Counted from the stretch's first letter, positions 22,840-38,000 are shown. The stretch: DNA of 64,000 bases from Heptranchias perlo (GCF_035084215.1 NC_090329.1:62372001-62436000); one strand, 5' to 3'. Numbers and translations: made by a program. Notes: generated from the letters alone by a model not told the origin.

Positions 22840-25800
22840 TATAGGACCAGGAGTAGGCCATTCAGCCCCTCGTGCCTGCTCCGCCATTTGATAAGATCAT
22901 GGCTGATCTCCATATACCCGCCTTTGGCCCATATCCCTAAATACCTTTGGTTGCCAAAAAGCTATCTCAGATTTAAATTTAGCAATTGAGCTAGTATCAA
23001 TTGCCGTTTGGGGAAGAGAGTTCCAAACTTCTACCACCCTTTGTGTGTAGAAATGTTTTCTAATCTCACTCCTGAAAGGTCTGGCTCTAATTTTTAGACT
23101 GTGCCCCTTACACCTAGAATCCCCAACCAGCGGAAATAGTTTCTCTCTATCCACCCTATCTGTTCCCCTTAATATCTTATAAACTTTGATCAAATCACCC
23201 CTTAACCTTCTAAACTCTAGAGAATACAACCCCAATTTGAGTAATCTCTCCTCGTAACTTAACCCTTGAAGTCCGGGTATCATTCTAGTAAACCTACGCT
23301 GCACTCCCTCCAAGGCCAATATGTCCTTCCGAAGGTGCGGTGCCCAGAACTGCTCACATAACTCCAGGTGCGGTCTAACTAGGGTTGTGTATAGCTGCAG
23401 CATAACTTCTGCCCCCTTGTACTCTCGTCCTCTAGATATAAAGGCCAGTGTTCCATTAGCCTTATTATTTTCTGCACCTGTTCATGACACTTCAATGATC
23501 TATGTACCTGTACCCCTTGGTCCCTTTGGACATCCACTGTTTTTAACTTTTTACCATTTAGAAAGTACCCTGTTCTATCCTTTTTTGATCCAAAGTGGAT
23601 GACGTCACATTTGTCTACATTGAATTCCATTTGCCACAGTTTTGTCCATTCACCTAATCTATCAATATCGCTTTGTAATTTTATGTTTTCATCTACACTG
23701 CTTACAATGCCACCAATCTTTGTGTCATCGGCAAACTTAGATATGAGACTTTCTATGCCTTCATCTAAGTCGTTAATAAATATTGTGAATAATTGAAGCC
23801 CCAAGACAGACTCCACTAGTCACATCCTGCCAATGTGAGTACCTACCCATTATCCCTACTCTGTCGCCTTTCGCTCAGCCAACTTCCTAACCAAGTCCGT
23901 ACTTTTCCCTTGATTCCATGGGCTTCTATCTTAGCTAACGGTCTCTTATGTGGGACCTTATCAAATGCCTTCTGGAAGTCCATGTAAATAACATCCATTG
24001 ACATTCCCCTGTCCACTACTTTAGTCACCTCTTCAAAAAATTCAGTCAAGTTTGTCAGGCACGACTAACATTTCACAAATCCATGCTGGCTCTCTCTGAT
24101 TAACTGAAAATTCTCGAGGTGTTCAGTCACCCTATCCTTAATTATAGACTCCAGCATTTTCCCCACAACAGATGTTAGGCTAACTGGTTTATAATTCCCT
24201 GGTTTCCCCCTCTCTCCTTTCTTAAAAAGCGGAGTGACGTGCAATTTTCCATTCTAGAGGGACAGTTCCTGAATCTAGAGAACTTTGAAAGATTATAGTT
24301 AGGGCATCTGCAATGTGCTCACCTACTTCCTTTAAAACCCTGGGATGGAAACCATCTGGTCCTGGGGATTTGTCACTCTTTAGTGCTATTATTTTCTTCA
24401 TTACTGTTGCTTTACTTATGTTAATTTTGTCGAGTCCCTGTCCCTGATTCAATATTAGTTTTCTTGGGATTTCCAGCATGCTATCCTCTTTTTCTACTGT
24501 AAATACTGACGCAAAGTAATTGTTCAACATGTCCGCCATTTCCCCATTGTCAATTACAATATCCCCACTTTCAGTTTTTAAGGGGCCAACACTGATCCTG
24601 ACCACCCTCTTTTTCCTAATGTAACTATAACAGTTCTTCGTATTGGTTTTGATATCCCTTGCAAGTTTCTTTTCATACTCTTTTTTTTTGTAGCTCTTAC
24701 TATCTGTTTTGTGACCCTTTGTTGATCTTTGTATCTTTCCCATTTGCCAGGATCTGTGCCATTTTTTGCCTTTTTGTATGCCCTTTCCTTATGTCTTATA
24801 CTGTCCCTTACCTCTTTAGTTGTCCATGGCTGTTTTTTTTGGCAAGTAGAGTTCTTGCCCCTCAGGGGTATAAACCGATTCTGTATCACGTTCAATGTTT
24901 CTTTAAACATTTCCCACTGATCATCAGTCGTTTTACCCATTAACAGATTTGTCCAGTTTATTGTGGACAGTGTCTCATCCCATTGAAGTTGGCCTCACCC
25001 AAGTCTAGAATCTTAGCAGCTGATTCACTTTTTTCCCTTTCATACACTACATTGAACTCTATCATGTTATGATTGCTATTGAATAGATGTTCGCATACAG
25101 TTAAGCTGTTAACTAAATCTGGTTCATTACTTATTACTAAATCTAGTATGGCTTGCCCCCTTGTTGCCTCCAGGACATACTGCTGTAGAAAACTATCCTG
25201 GACACACTCAGGAAATTCACTACCTTTCTGACAGTTGCTAGTCAGCTTTTCCCGATCTATGTGAAGGTTAAAGTCCCCCATTAAGACCACTATGCCTTTC
25301 TTACACGCTTGTCTAATCTCTGCATTTATATAATCTAGCACTTCAGAGCTGCTGCCAGGGGTATTATACACAACTCCCACTATAGTCTTAGATCCTTTCC
25401 TATTTCTCAATTCAACCCATAAGGTCTCTGTTGGCTGCTTACCTCTCGTTATATCCTCCTTTATCATTGAAATGATCTCATCTCTAATCACTAAGGCTAC
25501 TCCTCCCCCCGTTCCATTTTCCCTATCTCTCCTGTAGACCTTATAACCCAGTATATTTAGTTCCCAATCCTGACCATCCTGCAACCATGTCTCAGTAATA
25601 GCTATCATGTCATACCCTCCAATTTGAATTTGAACCTGTAGTTCATTTAATTTATTCCTTATACTCCGTGCATTTATATATAGAACTCTTAGTTGGGCCA
25701 CACACCCTAGCCTGACCTTCAGCTTTGATGCTGGGGTAATCGCATTACGCCTTCTAGTTTTCACTTCATCTGTAGTGTCTAAAGTACACTTTCTTTCTGC

Positions 25801-26195
25801 TGCTCTATGCTTTTCCCTTTCACTTGTTCTTGAACAACTGTTTGTAGTATTTGTATTGTAAAGTTCCCCTGTGTCTTCCCCTCTCTTGCTGCTCTCAACT
25901 TTACTCCCTTCTGACTCCCTGCTCAGGTTCCCATCCCCCTGCCACTCTAGTTTAAACCTTCCCCAACAGCACTAGCAAACACCCCCGCGAGGACAGTGGT
26001 CCCGGTCCTGCTCGGGTGTAACCCGTCTCGCTTGTACAGGTCCCACCTTCCCCAGAACTGGTCCCAATGTTCCAGAAATCTAAATCCCTCCCTCGGACAC
26101 CATCCCTGCAGCCACGCAATGATCCGGTCTATTCTCCTGTTCCTATACTCACTAGCATGTGGCACTGGTAGTAATCCTGAGACCACTACCTTTGA
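22840..26195 (-). mobile_element. Long CR1 LINE (frameshifted ORF2 plus ORF1 esterase end)
   Basis: ORFs 25947..26186, 24958..25764 (APE: YINARSIRNK, ITETWL, MGDFN), 24222..24743, 23843..24049, 23379..23816 (FADD), 22897..23403. Confidence 0.95.
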
Positions 26196-26299
26196 TAGAT
26201 GTAGATACTTGTATTATGAACTTGTCTACATCATGTATTCGTAGTGGTAGTGTGTCCATTGTACTTAAGGATGACAGCGCCAACAATGAGTTCATCGTA

Positions 26300-27000
26300 G
26301 ATAGGTATGTTGATGACTGCTGGCGGATACGTGATAGATTTTGTCTACCACAAATTTTACATAACCTCATTCCTGGCGAGCTCTCCTGCTGATCCCTCTG
26401 TTGTTGCTGATCCATTTGTCTCTTGCATCTTATCTCCACACTGGCATGGTGTTGTAGCTCCAAAGCCTTCATCCCTTCTGTCACTTCAGCATGCCATTGC
26501 CGTCTATGCATGGCCAGGGTTACCCAAGAGGCAATGACCAGGTCGCATTGCTTCAAGTGAATCTTCGGTGTGCCTTTGTGTGCCATGCTTTCATCTGCCA
26601 TACACCAGTTCTCCATAAAGCACCTGCTTCGGCAACCGTACGTCATCTATCCTAACATGTTCAGGCCAGTGGAGCTGAGTATTGATTATCATAGCTTCAA
26701 TGCTGGTACCGTCAACACATTCCAATGCTTTTTGTTAGAGATCTTATCCTGCCATTCTTAGTAATCAACGAGGCATCTTTGAGACATTTCTCAGGTAATT
26801 GGACACGAGTCATGGTGGTCAACTCTGTGCTGTTAATGAGGACTAAAGGTGCAGTGTAAGTTTTTCTTGATGCAGGCTGGCACATGGCTTCCAGTTTTTC
26901 TGAGGCTGTGCCCAGAATCTGTGTTGTGCCTTGCAACGCACTGTTATTAACCTTGGTAAAGATCCTTGTCAGTGTGCTCCTGAACCATCTAATAGCAAAC
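26300..27000 (-). mobile_element. RTE LINE remnant
   Basis: WQDKISN...SIEAMIINTQLHWPEHVRIDDVRLPKQVLYGEL and C-terminal CKICGR. Confidence 0.65.
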
Positions 27001-27009
27001 ACTTAAAAT

Positions 27010-27250
27010 AGTGGATTGGGGATAGCACACTTGGGATCTAGGTTTGAACCCAGTCTAAACTGATGAATTGAAAGTCTCAGGTCTTTGTTCGCTGGCGTGG
27101 CTCTAAATGACACGAGATTGGGCAGTCTCAATCTGCTTCATTTGATCATGTATACCTGACAACATTTCTACAATTTGTACAAATTAGCAATCTCATTTTG
27201 TGGTTTGTAAAGATAGCTGGCGTGAAACAAATTCATAGTGGCGAAGGTCA
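27010..27250 (+). mobile_element. Degenerate tRNA-derived SINE (LF-SINE-like)
   Basis: B-box-like ggtttgaaccc followed by a body resembling ancient vertebrate SINEs. Confidence 0.35.
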
Positions 27251-28111
27251 GAGATTTGAGTTGAGAAATTTCCGTGGAGTTTGCTCTTCCCCTAAGTGTG
27301 ACCTGGGGATACTTGACAATGGGTGCAAAAAAGATGTTCCATTTCCTCGCACTGACATCTCTTGCCTTGATGAAAACACTGACAGTTTGGGGTTTTTAAT
27401 TCATGAGTCTTTGTAGAATTGCAAGATTATCAATTCCAGGGTGGCAGCAATTGTGAGAATTTGATTGATCTCGTGAATTTGTCTTTTCCACCAGTCTTAA
27501 ATGAATCTTCCAATAAATCCATTTTAATCCAAGTTTTCATATTTTCAGAATGAATTTAATCTCCATTCATTTAGGAGACTACAAAGAGCTCAATGCATTG
27601 CCCTATCTTAATCTAGCATGCATCAGTGGCACAAGGCTAGACATATTTTAGAAAAAAAGTTTCTGACTTGTTTCTGTTTCATTTATTTTACCCTACCGCC
27701 CTCTGGTCCCCCACTTTTTAAAAAAAAATCTTCTGTTCCACATTCTATTTCCCCTGAGACAAGTGACCTCGGATTACTGTCCATTTGTTTGTGTGAAATT
27801 CCTGCCCTCTGTTCATTGTGTCCACCCGATCGCGCAGTCAAGATTGGGAGCTAGTTAGACTGGAGAGTCATGACAAAGTTTCCATGGCCTTCCAATTAAC
27901 AACGGAGAAGAACAAACAATATTTTAAAATATTTTAGTAAATGTAAAAATAAAATTATAGATGGAAGTATTCAGACTAACCAAGACTCCTGTCAGGATTT
28001 GTCTGGTTCTGCAACCTTAATGCCTCATGTGCTAAACATATTTATTTGCTTTAAAAAGTCTCTCATTAATTCTGTCATAAGTAATTCAGAACATTTTATC
28101 TATTTATTTAG

Positions 28112-28216
<105 letters not shown>

Positions 28217-30139
28217 TAAGTTTGACATTTTCTTTCCATTGTATCAAAAATTGTTGTGTAAGCCTGCTAGTGAGGACAAAATAGCTGTTGTGCAACAGAA
28301 TCCAAAAGTGTGACTACATCACGCAAAGGGTAATGAGAATCTGGAGTTCTCATTCCCCCCGCCCCCCAAAAAAAGGCTGTGAATACTGGGTCAATTGAAA
28401 TTTCCAAGACTGAGAAAGATAGATTTTTTTTTAGGTAAGGGTATCAAGGAATAAGGAGAAAAGGTGGATAAATGGTGCTGAGGAACAGATCAGCCATGAT
28501 TTACTAGAACGGTGGAACAGGCTTGAGGGACTAAATGGTCTACTCTTGTTCCTATGTTCCAAACAGATGAAAAGTATTTGCATATCACAGCTAAAAGAAA
28601 TCTTAGTAAGTTGGTAAAAGTTTCTTGCTCTTGTTCACTATTATTTGAAGCAAAAATAGACATCCTTCACAGGAAGGTGGTATGTTCCCACTGAGTGGTG
28701 GAATGTGACCGTATGTTTGCAGTTCACCACACTAAGTTCCTGATCTCCACTTTGATTTCTTTGGAACCACAGAGCAGAGGCCAGGGGGCTTTCACAGATT
28801 GGGAGGGATTAAAAAGAGTTTTCCACATGCTTTAATGTTTATTTGGACTTTTTGGAAGCTTTTAATGAAGTTCCACATGAAAGACTTTTTGATTAAACTA
28901 AATTCCATGAGAATCCATGATAGAACATGGAACTAGATGAGAAGTTGGTCTAAAAAACAGGAAGCAGAGAATACCAATGAGATGTAAGAAGAGATTTTCT
29001 TGGATCAGTACCAGGTTCACTGGATTGCCTAGCCACAGCGAATATGGAAAAATTGGAGAGCATGCCTGTAAAGGAACCCACCTGATTTTTCTTCCATTTA
29101 AACTAATGGAAGGATAATTGGGCGGGGTTCTTTATAGGTGTGTGCTCCAATCTGCCTGATTTTCCAATATTTGCTGCATTCCAGGCAATTCAGGTCACAG
29201 GCGCAGGAAAATTTTCCTTGTGTCAGACTGAAGGGAGAAGTGTGGAGTCCGCAATACTCAGTGCTTGGACAGCTGTAATTATTAATCAGTGTAATTAACC
29301 TGAATGTTAAAACTAGTTGAAAGTTTATTAAATTTACAGATGACACTAAAATAGGGAGAGCAGTAGACGCAGAAGATATAGTTTAAGATTTGCAGGGGAC
29401 TTGGACAAGCTGTACAATAGGGTAAATGAAATTTAATGCTGACAAATGTAAAGAATTGCACTGGGATGTGCTTCATTGTTTTTTTTCCCATTAATTTTGC
29501 CAATCGTATAGGGCTCTCATTCTCATTTTGTTCCTCTTTCATATTAGCAACAGTTTCCACTCATCAAACAACACCTATCCACTTTTGCTGATGATTCCAC
29601 TCTATATTTGTCACTTTCCTTCAGATCTACGCCCTCGGTGCACCTAATGTCCAATCCTTTTTTCAGTGCAGTTGCTGAATAACTATATCCTAATTCCCCC
29701 TCCCCATGTCCTTCAATGGGGCAACAAAAAGTGTTGCAGTTCTTCAGAAACACAGTTTCTTCATGTCTTTTGCAGATGTAACAGCTACCATCAAAATCTC
29801 TGGCTCGCCTTTCTCTCTGGCTCGCCTTTCTCTCCTCCCTTGTACTAATGTTGAGATTTTCACATAAAGAACGATGGACACATGGAATGGATTTCTGGTC
29901 AGAGTAGTGCTAGTAAAATCTTTGAGTCCTTTAAGAGTCCCCTGGGTGCTGTGATGGGTGAGCAAAGTTGAATTAAATGACCTTCCTCATTTGCATTTAT
30001 CTTGGGTATGATTAACTGCATTGATGTCATCTACTGCAAGCTTAATTTGGAGTTTATCAAGACATTCCATGGCCAGTAAAATTGTACAGTTATTTTTTTC
30101 AATTATAGCCCTTCAATGAGCTTTCAGTATTAACAATAC

Positions 30140-30573
30140 TGTCTGGAGTTTAGAAGAATGAGAGGTGATCTTATTGAAATATATAAGATTCTGAGGGGGC
30201 TTGACAGGGTAGGTGCTGAGAGGATGTTTCCCCTGGGCTGGAGAGTCTAGAACTAGGGGGCATAGTCTCAGGATAAGGGGTTGGCCATTTGAGACTGAGA
30301 TGAGTAGGGATTTCTTCACTCAGAGGGTTGTGAATCTTTGGAATTCTCTACCCCAGAGGGCTGTGGGTGCTCAGTCATTGTGTATATTCAAGGCTGAGAT
30401 GGATAAATTTTTGGACTCTAGGGGAATCAAGGGATATGGGAATCGGGGGGGGGGGGGGGGGGGGGCGGGGGGAAAGTGGAGATGAGGTCGAAGATCAGCC
30501 ATGATTTTATTGAATGACGGAGCAGGCTCGAGGGGCTGTATGGCCTACTCCTGCTCCTATTTCTTATGTTCTA
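30140..30573 (+). mobile_element. CR1 3' fragment
   Basis: ORF 30213..30485 GESRTRGHSL...FFTQRVVNLWNSLP; tail ttcttatgttc. Confidence 0.9.
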
Positions 30574-30982
30574 TCAAGATTTCCAGTTTACTGACTCTCT
30601 AAATTAATACCATAAAAACTGATGTACAAGATGCACATTGGAAATCATATAATCACTTGTATTTGTGCCAGTAAACATCCCATAGACTGTTAAGAACTTG
30701 TGTTTAAGGTGCAACTGGTGTATCAGATTTAGATTTATCTGATACAGAATGTCATACAGCTTCACAGCATAGATTAAGTATAGATTATATTTCGTTGTGA
30801 TTTTAGTCACAATGCTTCATAAAATGGGGATTATAATGAATTGTCTTATTGTGTATTCATGTATAGTTTTAATTTGTTGTAGTAAAGTGTTATTCGATTA
30901 AAATAGTTTTTTAATACTGCGTCAAGCTTTTTAAGTTGTATGTGCTTCTCTTGCTAATTACAGTAAAAATATCTAAATATAA

Positions 30983-31219
<237 letters not shown>

Positions 31220-32608
31220 TAAGTTGACAGATAATGTGGCTTGAAATTTAAAATCTGCAACCTGATTGTTTTCTTTAGTTAAATTTTAGTTTGGAATTGA
31301 GAGACAGATGTTGCATTATCAAGAATGCACAAGATTGCAATTACTTGTGACATTGCTGATTAGTTATTCCCAGTTATTCTTCAATTAGTTATTGTTCAAT
31401 GTAAAAACAATCTCCCCATGTTTCCATTGAGTAAAAATATTATAGAGGAAGTGAGAAGAGAAAAAAACATCTGCTGCAATCCTGGGGAAAACTTATATTG
31501 CCATTGGGGGTGACTTGTAATCGAATAGAAATACCTAACAGCTGACCAAGTACAGTACTGTAGATAATGCAATATGTTACAAGTTTTTATTTAAGTGGAA
31601 AAACTCTCTTTATTGAAGAAAGATCCTATTTGACACAGATGTAAATCATTTATTTAAACCAGAAATTCTGTTTTTTAAACTGGTTAGACACTGAATCTAG
31701 ATGATAGATTTGGGGAAAAGAGTGTATTTTTTTACACTGGTGTGCAATTTACTTATGATTTGGGATGGTGTGCCTAGTTTTGTTGTGTTGCCTGTAGATG
31801 TCAGGAATTCAGTAGTTAATTCCACTTACAAGTGGTAGACAGGATCATTTAATCTGTCTGCGTTCTTCACCTTGCTTGTTCAAATCCAGTGCTGCGTGTT
31901 AGTGTGTAAGTTGACAGGCAGTTGCTCTTTTAATTTTACGATTGCCGTTATCTAATTGTATAAAAAGCTGCAGATACCAAATATTCTCTTCCTGCGATGT
32001 AGAGGAGAAAGAGGATTTTTTGCACACAAGTGGCTCTTCAAGGCAGAAAGGCACTTTTTATTAAAGAAATCTGCTCCGTTTTTCAATAACCTACTCTAAC
32101 AGCTCCCTTCGGTTGGGATTTCCTCCTTGTTTTAATATTTTGCAGTCATAGTTTCCTGATCTGACTTGTAGCTAAGTTGCTTTGATACTCAGAAATGGTA
32201 TAAACTTGGTGTAAGTGATCTGGACAAATCTGAATTCCAGCAGGTCTGCTAGAAATCATTGTACAGAGTCCAAAAGCATTAATATGGTCGCTTGTTGCTG
32301 GAAATGAGAGGTGCTTCAATTTTCAAATCACAATTTAAATATTGAGGATACGCTTGGAGGAGCGACATGAGGGTGTGGGCATGCATGGTTCATTCGTTGT
32401 AAATCATAGGTCTTTGTATTCTGCATTTATGCCAGAGATGATTAGTTTTTACATTTACATTTGTTTTTGCACCAATTTAAACTGGTTTTAAACATTTTTG
32501 TTTTAGCGAGAAGCTATCATGAAGGAAACTGAATCATTTGTACATTTCCTATGCACAAAAGCTTGAGCCAGTTACCATCATATTGCCATTGTAACATTTA
32601 AAACCTCC

Positions 32609-32736
32609 ATCCAGAAACTAAACCAGCCAGGCCTGATCCAGTTGATATGGATGAAGGTACATCTCGGTTAAAATTAGTAATGTTATAAGGGTGGCTCTGT
32701 AGAGCTTAATTTCGAGGTACAAAATTGTCACTCTAA
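32609..32736 (+). repeat. 128-bp duplicate of CDC5L exon 4 3' end, donor and intron start
   Basis: Matches 33696-33823 with two substitutions. Confidence 0.95.
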
Positions 32737-32809
32737 GTAATCCATTCCTTTGGCTGAATCAAGTTTTTTGATTTGTACACAAATCGTAGCTCAAATATTT
32801 CTTTTTTCT

Positions 32810-33485
32810 CCCACCATCAACATCCTGGGGGTCACCATTGATCAGGAACTTAACTGGACCAGCCATATAAAAACTGTGGCTACAAGGGCAGGTCAGAGGC
32901 TGGGTATTCTGCGGCGAGTGACTCACCTCCTGACTCACCAAAGCCTTTCCACCATCGACAAGGCACAAGTCAGGAGTGTGATGGAATACTCTCCACTTGC
33001 CTGGATGGGTGCAGCTCCAACAACACTTAAGAAGCTCGACACCATCCAGGACAAAGCAGCCCGCTTGATTGGCACCCCATTCACCACCCTAAACATTCAC
33101 TCCCTTCACCACCGGCGCACTGTGGCTGCAGTGTGTACCATCCACAGGATGCACTGCAGCAACTCGCCAAGGCTTCTTCGACAGCACCTCCCAAACCCAC
33201 GACCTCTACCACCTAGAAGGACAAGACAGCAGGCACATGGGAACAACACCACCTGCACGTTCCCCTCCAAGTCACACACCATCCCGACTTGGAAATATAT
33301 CGCCGTTCCTTCATTGTCGCTGGGTCAAAATCCTGGAACTCCCTTCCTAACAGCACTGTGGGAGAACCTTCACCACACAGACTGCAGCGATTCAAGAAGG
33401 CGGCTCACCACCTTCTCAAGGACAATTAGGGATGGGCAATAAATGCCGGCCTCGCCAGCGACACCCACATCCCATGAACGAATAT
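32810..33485 (+). mobile_element. Non-LTR retrotransposon 3' fragment (CR1/L2 group, distinct family)
   Basis: ORF 32750..33442 ILGVTIDQELNWTSHI...VRSVMEYSPLAW; tail gggcaataaatgccggcctcgccagcg. Confidence 0.85.
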
Positions 33486-33595
33486 ATTTTTAAAAATGTC
33501 TTTAGTGTGTAATTTGATTTTACACATACCAACTTTGATCTAGAAAAATATTTAGAAAATCTCTCTTTATAAGATCTGTTATGCAACTGACTTAA

Positions 33596-33793
<198 letters not shown>

Positions 33794-35084
33794 TAATTTC
33801 GAGGTACAAAATTGTCACTCTAAAAAAATTTCTTGTAACTGATATTTCAACATCCTAATTATATATGACAATGTACTGCATCACACTTTTAAAAATGTGT
33901 ACAGACCTATCTATAATTATGTGGTGTTGCATGTGGGGAGTCATGAGCAAGTGCAGTATTCAGGTCAAACTAGATTAGAGGATGGGGGATATTTGGATGC
34001 AGGTGGGGGAAAGGGAAGTGGGAGAGGAGTGGAGGATAGGGGGAAGAGGAGTACAGCGGGGGTAATTCAGGTACATTATCTCATCGGGGAAGTGGGGTAG
34101 TGCATGAGCTGCCATTTCCTCCCCAGTCCAGTGAGCTGCTCTTCACTCCTTCATAGCTTTGGCTTTGCTTTCAGCGGCTGGCTGAGGGGGCAGCTTCCTT
34201 TAAATCTTTTCATTGTGCCAGTATCAATATCATCACGTGAGGGGAAGGTTTCTGAGGGACGCAGGTTAATTCATTCCCATGTTGTTTTAAGCTCTTTGCA
34301 GCTGGAAAGTTGTAAGGAGGTTGTGGGAACAAGTAGCTCTCCACCATTACTCAGCAGCGGGGTGGGGGGGGTAGTTGGTCTGGTGGCTATTTAACATTGC
34401 AAAGCAGGGTCTGAGGGCAATGGGTTAAGGACGGGACTTATTATCGGCAAGTAGCAGACTTTGGTGTGGCAGGCCTCTTCATGTGGACGTGTTGGCTGTC
34501 ACAGACACTTGATTGAAAGATTAGAAATCTAATTTTAATTTTCCTATACAGAGAGGAAAAAGAATATAGTATTAAACATTTACATTCTTATTACTTTGCT
34601 GCACTTCGGAAAATACTTAGTCTTCGCCCATGGAGTCTGTGGTAAGCGCAAGAAGAATCCTGGGCTTCAATCCCATGTCAGTGAAGCTGGATATATCTTG
34701 CATCCTGATTGACACTTACATGCAACACCACCTAATTATAGATAGATGTATACAATTGGTGTAAAAACCCACAGAATTTCTGAGTGAGTTTTGCACCTGA
34801 ACAAAATAGACCATGTGTTTGGGATAAAGGGCTTAGTAGATTTATGGGACTCCTGAGGGAAGTTACAGATTATTTAGAAAAACCTAATAGTATAGATTCA
34901 GGGCCAACTAGAAGTCTACCTGAGCTCTTGATGTGGAACATTTTTTAGACTCAGAGGGGAGGTGAGAGACAACATAATTGGGACAGCATTTCTTAGACAG
35001 TCTTTGAGTGTAGTTCATAGTATCATAGTAGGTACAGCACAGGAGGAGGTCATTCGGCCCATCGTGCCTGTGCCGGCTCTTTGA

Positions 35085-38000
35085 AAGAACATAAGAAAAA
35101 AGAGCAGGAGAAGGCCATGTGACCCCTTGAGCCTGCTCCGCCATTCAATAAGATAATGGCTGATCATCTAAGTCGCACCATTTTCCTGCCCCATCCCCAT
35201 ATTCCTTGATTCCCTTAGCGTCCAAAAATCTAACAATCTCAATCGTGAATATACTCAACAACTGAGCATCCACATCCCTCTGGGGTAGAGAATTCCAAAA
35301 ATTCACAACCCTCTGCGTGAAGACATTTTTCCTCATCTCGGTCCTAAATGGCCGACCTCTTACCTTGAGACTATGACCCCTAGTTCTGGACTCTGCAACT
35401 AGGGGAAACAGCCTCTTAGAGGGCTTGACCAGGGTAAATGATAAGAATTTCATAAGTTTCAATGAGATCACCACTCATTCTTCTAAACTCCAGAGAATAT
35501 AGGCCCATTCATTCAATCTCTCTTCAAAGGACAACCTTCTCATCCCAGGAATCAATCTAGTAAACCTTCTTTGCTCCCCCTCTAAGGCAACTATATCCTT
35601 CCTTAGGTAAGAACACCAAAACTGTACACAGTACTCCAGGTGTGGTCTCATCAGAGCTCTATATAATTGCAACAAGGTCTCCTTACTCTTATGCTCCAAC
35701 CCCCTTGCAATAAAGGCTAACATACCATTTGCCTTCCTAATTGCTTGCTGTACCTGCATGCTAACTTTCTGTGATTTGTTTACAAGGACACCCAAATCCC
35801 TCAATACCAACAGTTCTTAGTCTCTCACCTTTTAAAAAATATTCTGCTTTTCTATTCCTACCAATGTGGATAATTTCACATTTCCCAAAGTTATATTCCA
35901 TCTGCCACCTTCTTGCCCACTCACTTAACCTGCCTATAGCCCTTTGCAGCTTCTGCGTCCTCCTCACAGCTTACTTTCCCACCTAGCTTTGTGTCGTCAG
36001 CAAACTTGGATGCATTATACTCGGGCCCCTCATCTAAATCATTGATATATATTGTAAACAGCTGAGGCCCAAGCACTGAACCTTGCAACACCCCCACTAG
36101 TTACGACCTGCCCCCCCGAAAATTACCCGTTTATTCCTACTCTCTGTTTTCTGTCCGTTAATCATCCTCAATCCCTGAGCCCTAATCTTGTGTAACAACC
36201 TCTTGGGTGGCACCTTATCAAATGCCTTTTGAAAATCCAAATATACTACGTCGACCGGTACCCTCTTATCGACCCTGTTAATTAAATCCTCAAAAAACTA
36301 ATAGATTTGTCAAACGCGATTTCTCTTTCTTAAAACTGTGTTGACTCTGCCTAATCATATTATGATTTTCTAAGTGCCCTGTTACTGCGTCCTTAATAAT
36401 AGATTCTAGCATTTTCCCTACTACTGATGTCGGGCTGACTGGTCTACAGTTCCCAGTTTTCTCTAACCTTCCTTTCTTGAATAGCGGGGTTACATTTGCT
36501 ACTTTCCAGTCCATGGGGACTGTTGTAAAATCTAGGGAATTCTGGAAGATCAAAACTAATGCATCCACTATCTCTGCAGCCACCTCTTTTATAACCCTAG
36601 GATGTAGGCCATTAGGCCCAGGGTATTTGTCGGCTTTAAGTCCCAGTAATTTCTCCAGTACTTTTTCTTTACTAATCTGAATTACTTTAAGTTCCTCCCT
36701 CTCATTAGACTCTTGGTTCCCCACTATTTCCGTTGCGTTTTTTGCGTCTTCTACTGTTAAGACAGATATAAAATATTTGTTTAACGTCTCTGCCATTTCC
36801 TTATTCCCCATTATAATTTCTCCTGTCTCTGCCTCTAAGGGACCTATGTTTACTTTCACTAATCTCTTCCTTTTTACATACTTGTAGAAGCTCTTACAAT
36901 CTTTTTATATTTCTCGCTCGTTACTCTCATATTCAATTTTCTCCCTCTTTATCAATTTCTTGGTCATCCTTTGCTGATTTCTAAAACCCTCCCAATCCTC
37001 AGGCTTACTATTCTTTTGGGTAACATTGCAAACATCTTTTAATTTAATACTATCCTTAACTTCTCTCCTTAGCCACGGTTGGATCACTTTTCTCATGGAG
37101 CTTTTATTCCTCAAGAGAATGTGTATTCGTTGAGAATTATGAATTATTTCTTTAAATGTTCGCTATTGCTTATCTGCTGTCATATCTTTTAATCTAATTT
37201 CCCAATCTACCTTAGCCAACTTGCCCCTCATACCTACGTAATTGGCTTTGTTTAAATTTAAGACCTTGGTTTCGGACTTAACTACATCACTCTCAAACTC
37301 TATGAAGTTCCATCATATTATGATCACTCTCCCCATAGGATCCTTAACCGTAAGATTACTAATTAAACCTGTCTCATTACACAATACTAGATCTGAAATA
37401 GCCTGTTCCTTAGTTGGTTCCACGACATATTATTCTAGAAAACTGTGTCTCAAATGCATTCCATGAACTCGTCCTCCCAACTACTTTTGCCAATTTGGTT
37501 TACCCAGTCTATATGAAGATTAAAGACCCTCACGATTATTGCATTACCTTTGTTACATGCTCCTCTAATTTCCTGATTTATACGCTGTCCCAACACTACA
37601 ACTACTGTTAGGGGGCCTATAAACTACTCCCACCAATGTTTTCTGCACCTTGTTATTTCTTAGCACCACCCAAAGTGATTCTACATCCTGATTTTCTGAG
37701 CTAAGATCCTTTCTCTCTATCCTTTATTATCAGGGCCACCCCCCCCCGGCCACCCCACCTCTCCTTTTTCCATTTTGCCTATCTTTTCTAAAAGTCAAGT
37801 ACCCTGGGATATTTAGTTCCCAACCTTGGTCATCCTGCAACCTCAGTAATGGCTACTAGATCAAACCCATTTATCTCTATTTGTGCCATTAATTCATTTT
37901 CTTGTTACGAATGCTTCGTGCATTCAACTTTTTATTATATTTCCCTGATGTGACCGTAATCACTAATGCCCAGTTACCTTTGTTAAACTCCCTGTCCCTT

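Noticed and set aside
24958-25764. 268-aa endonuclease ORF as a host gene
   Set aside because: CR1 ORF2 APE domain within a frameshifted element
30444-30472. Long G run (also C run near 3012-3030)
   Set aside because: Homopolymer expansions of unreliable length, no supporting context
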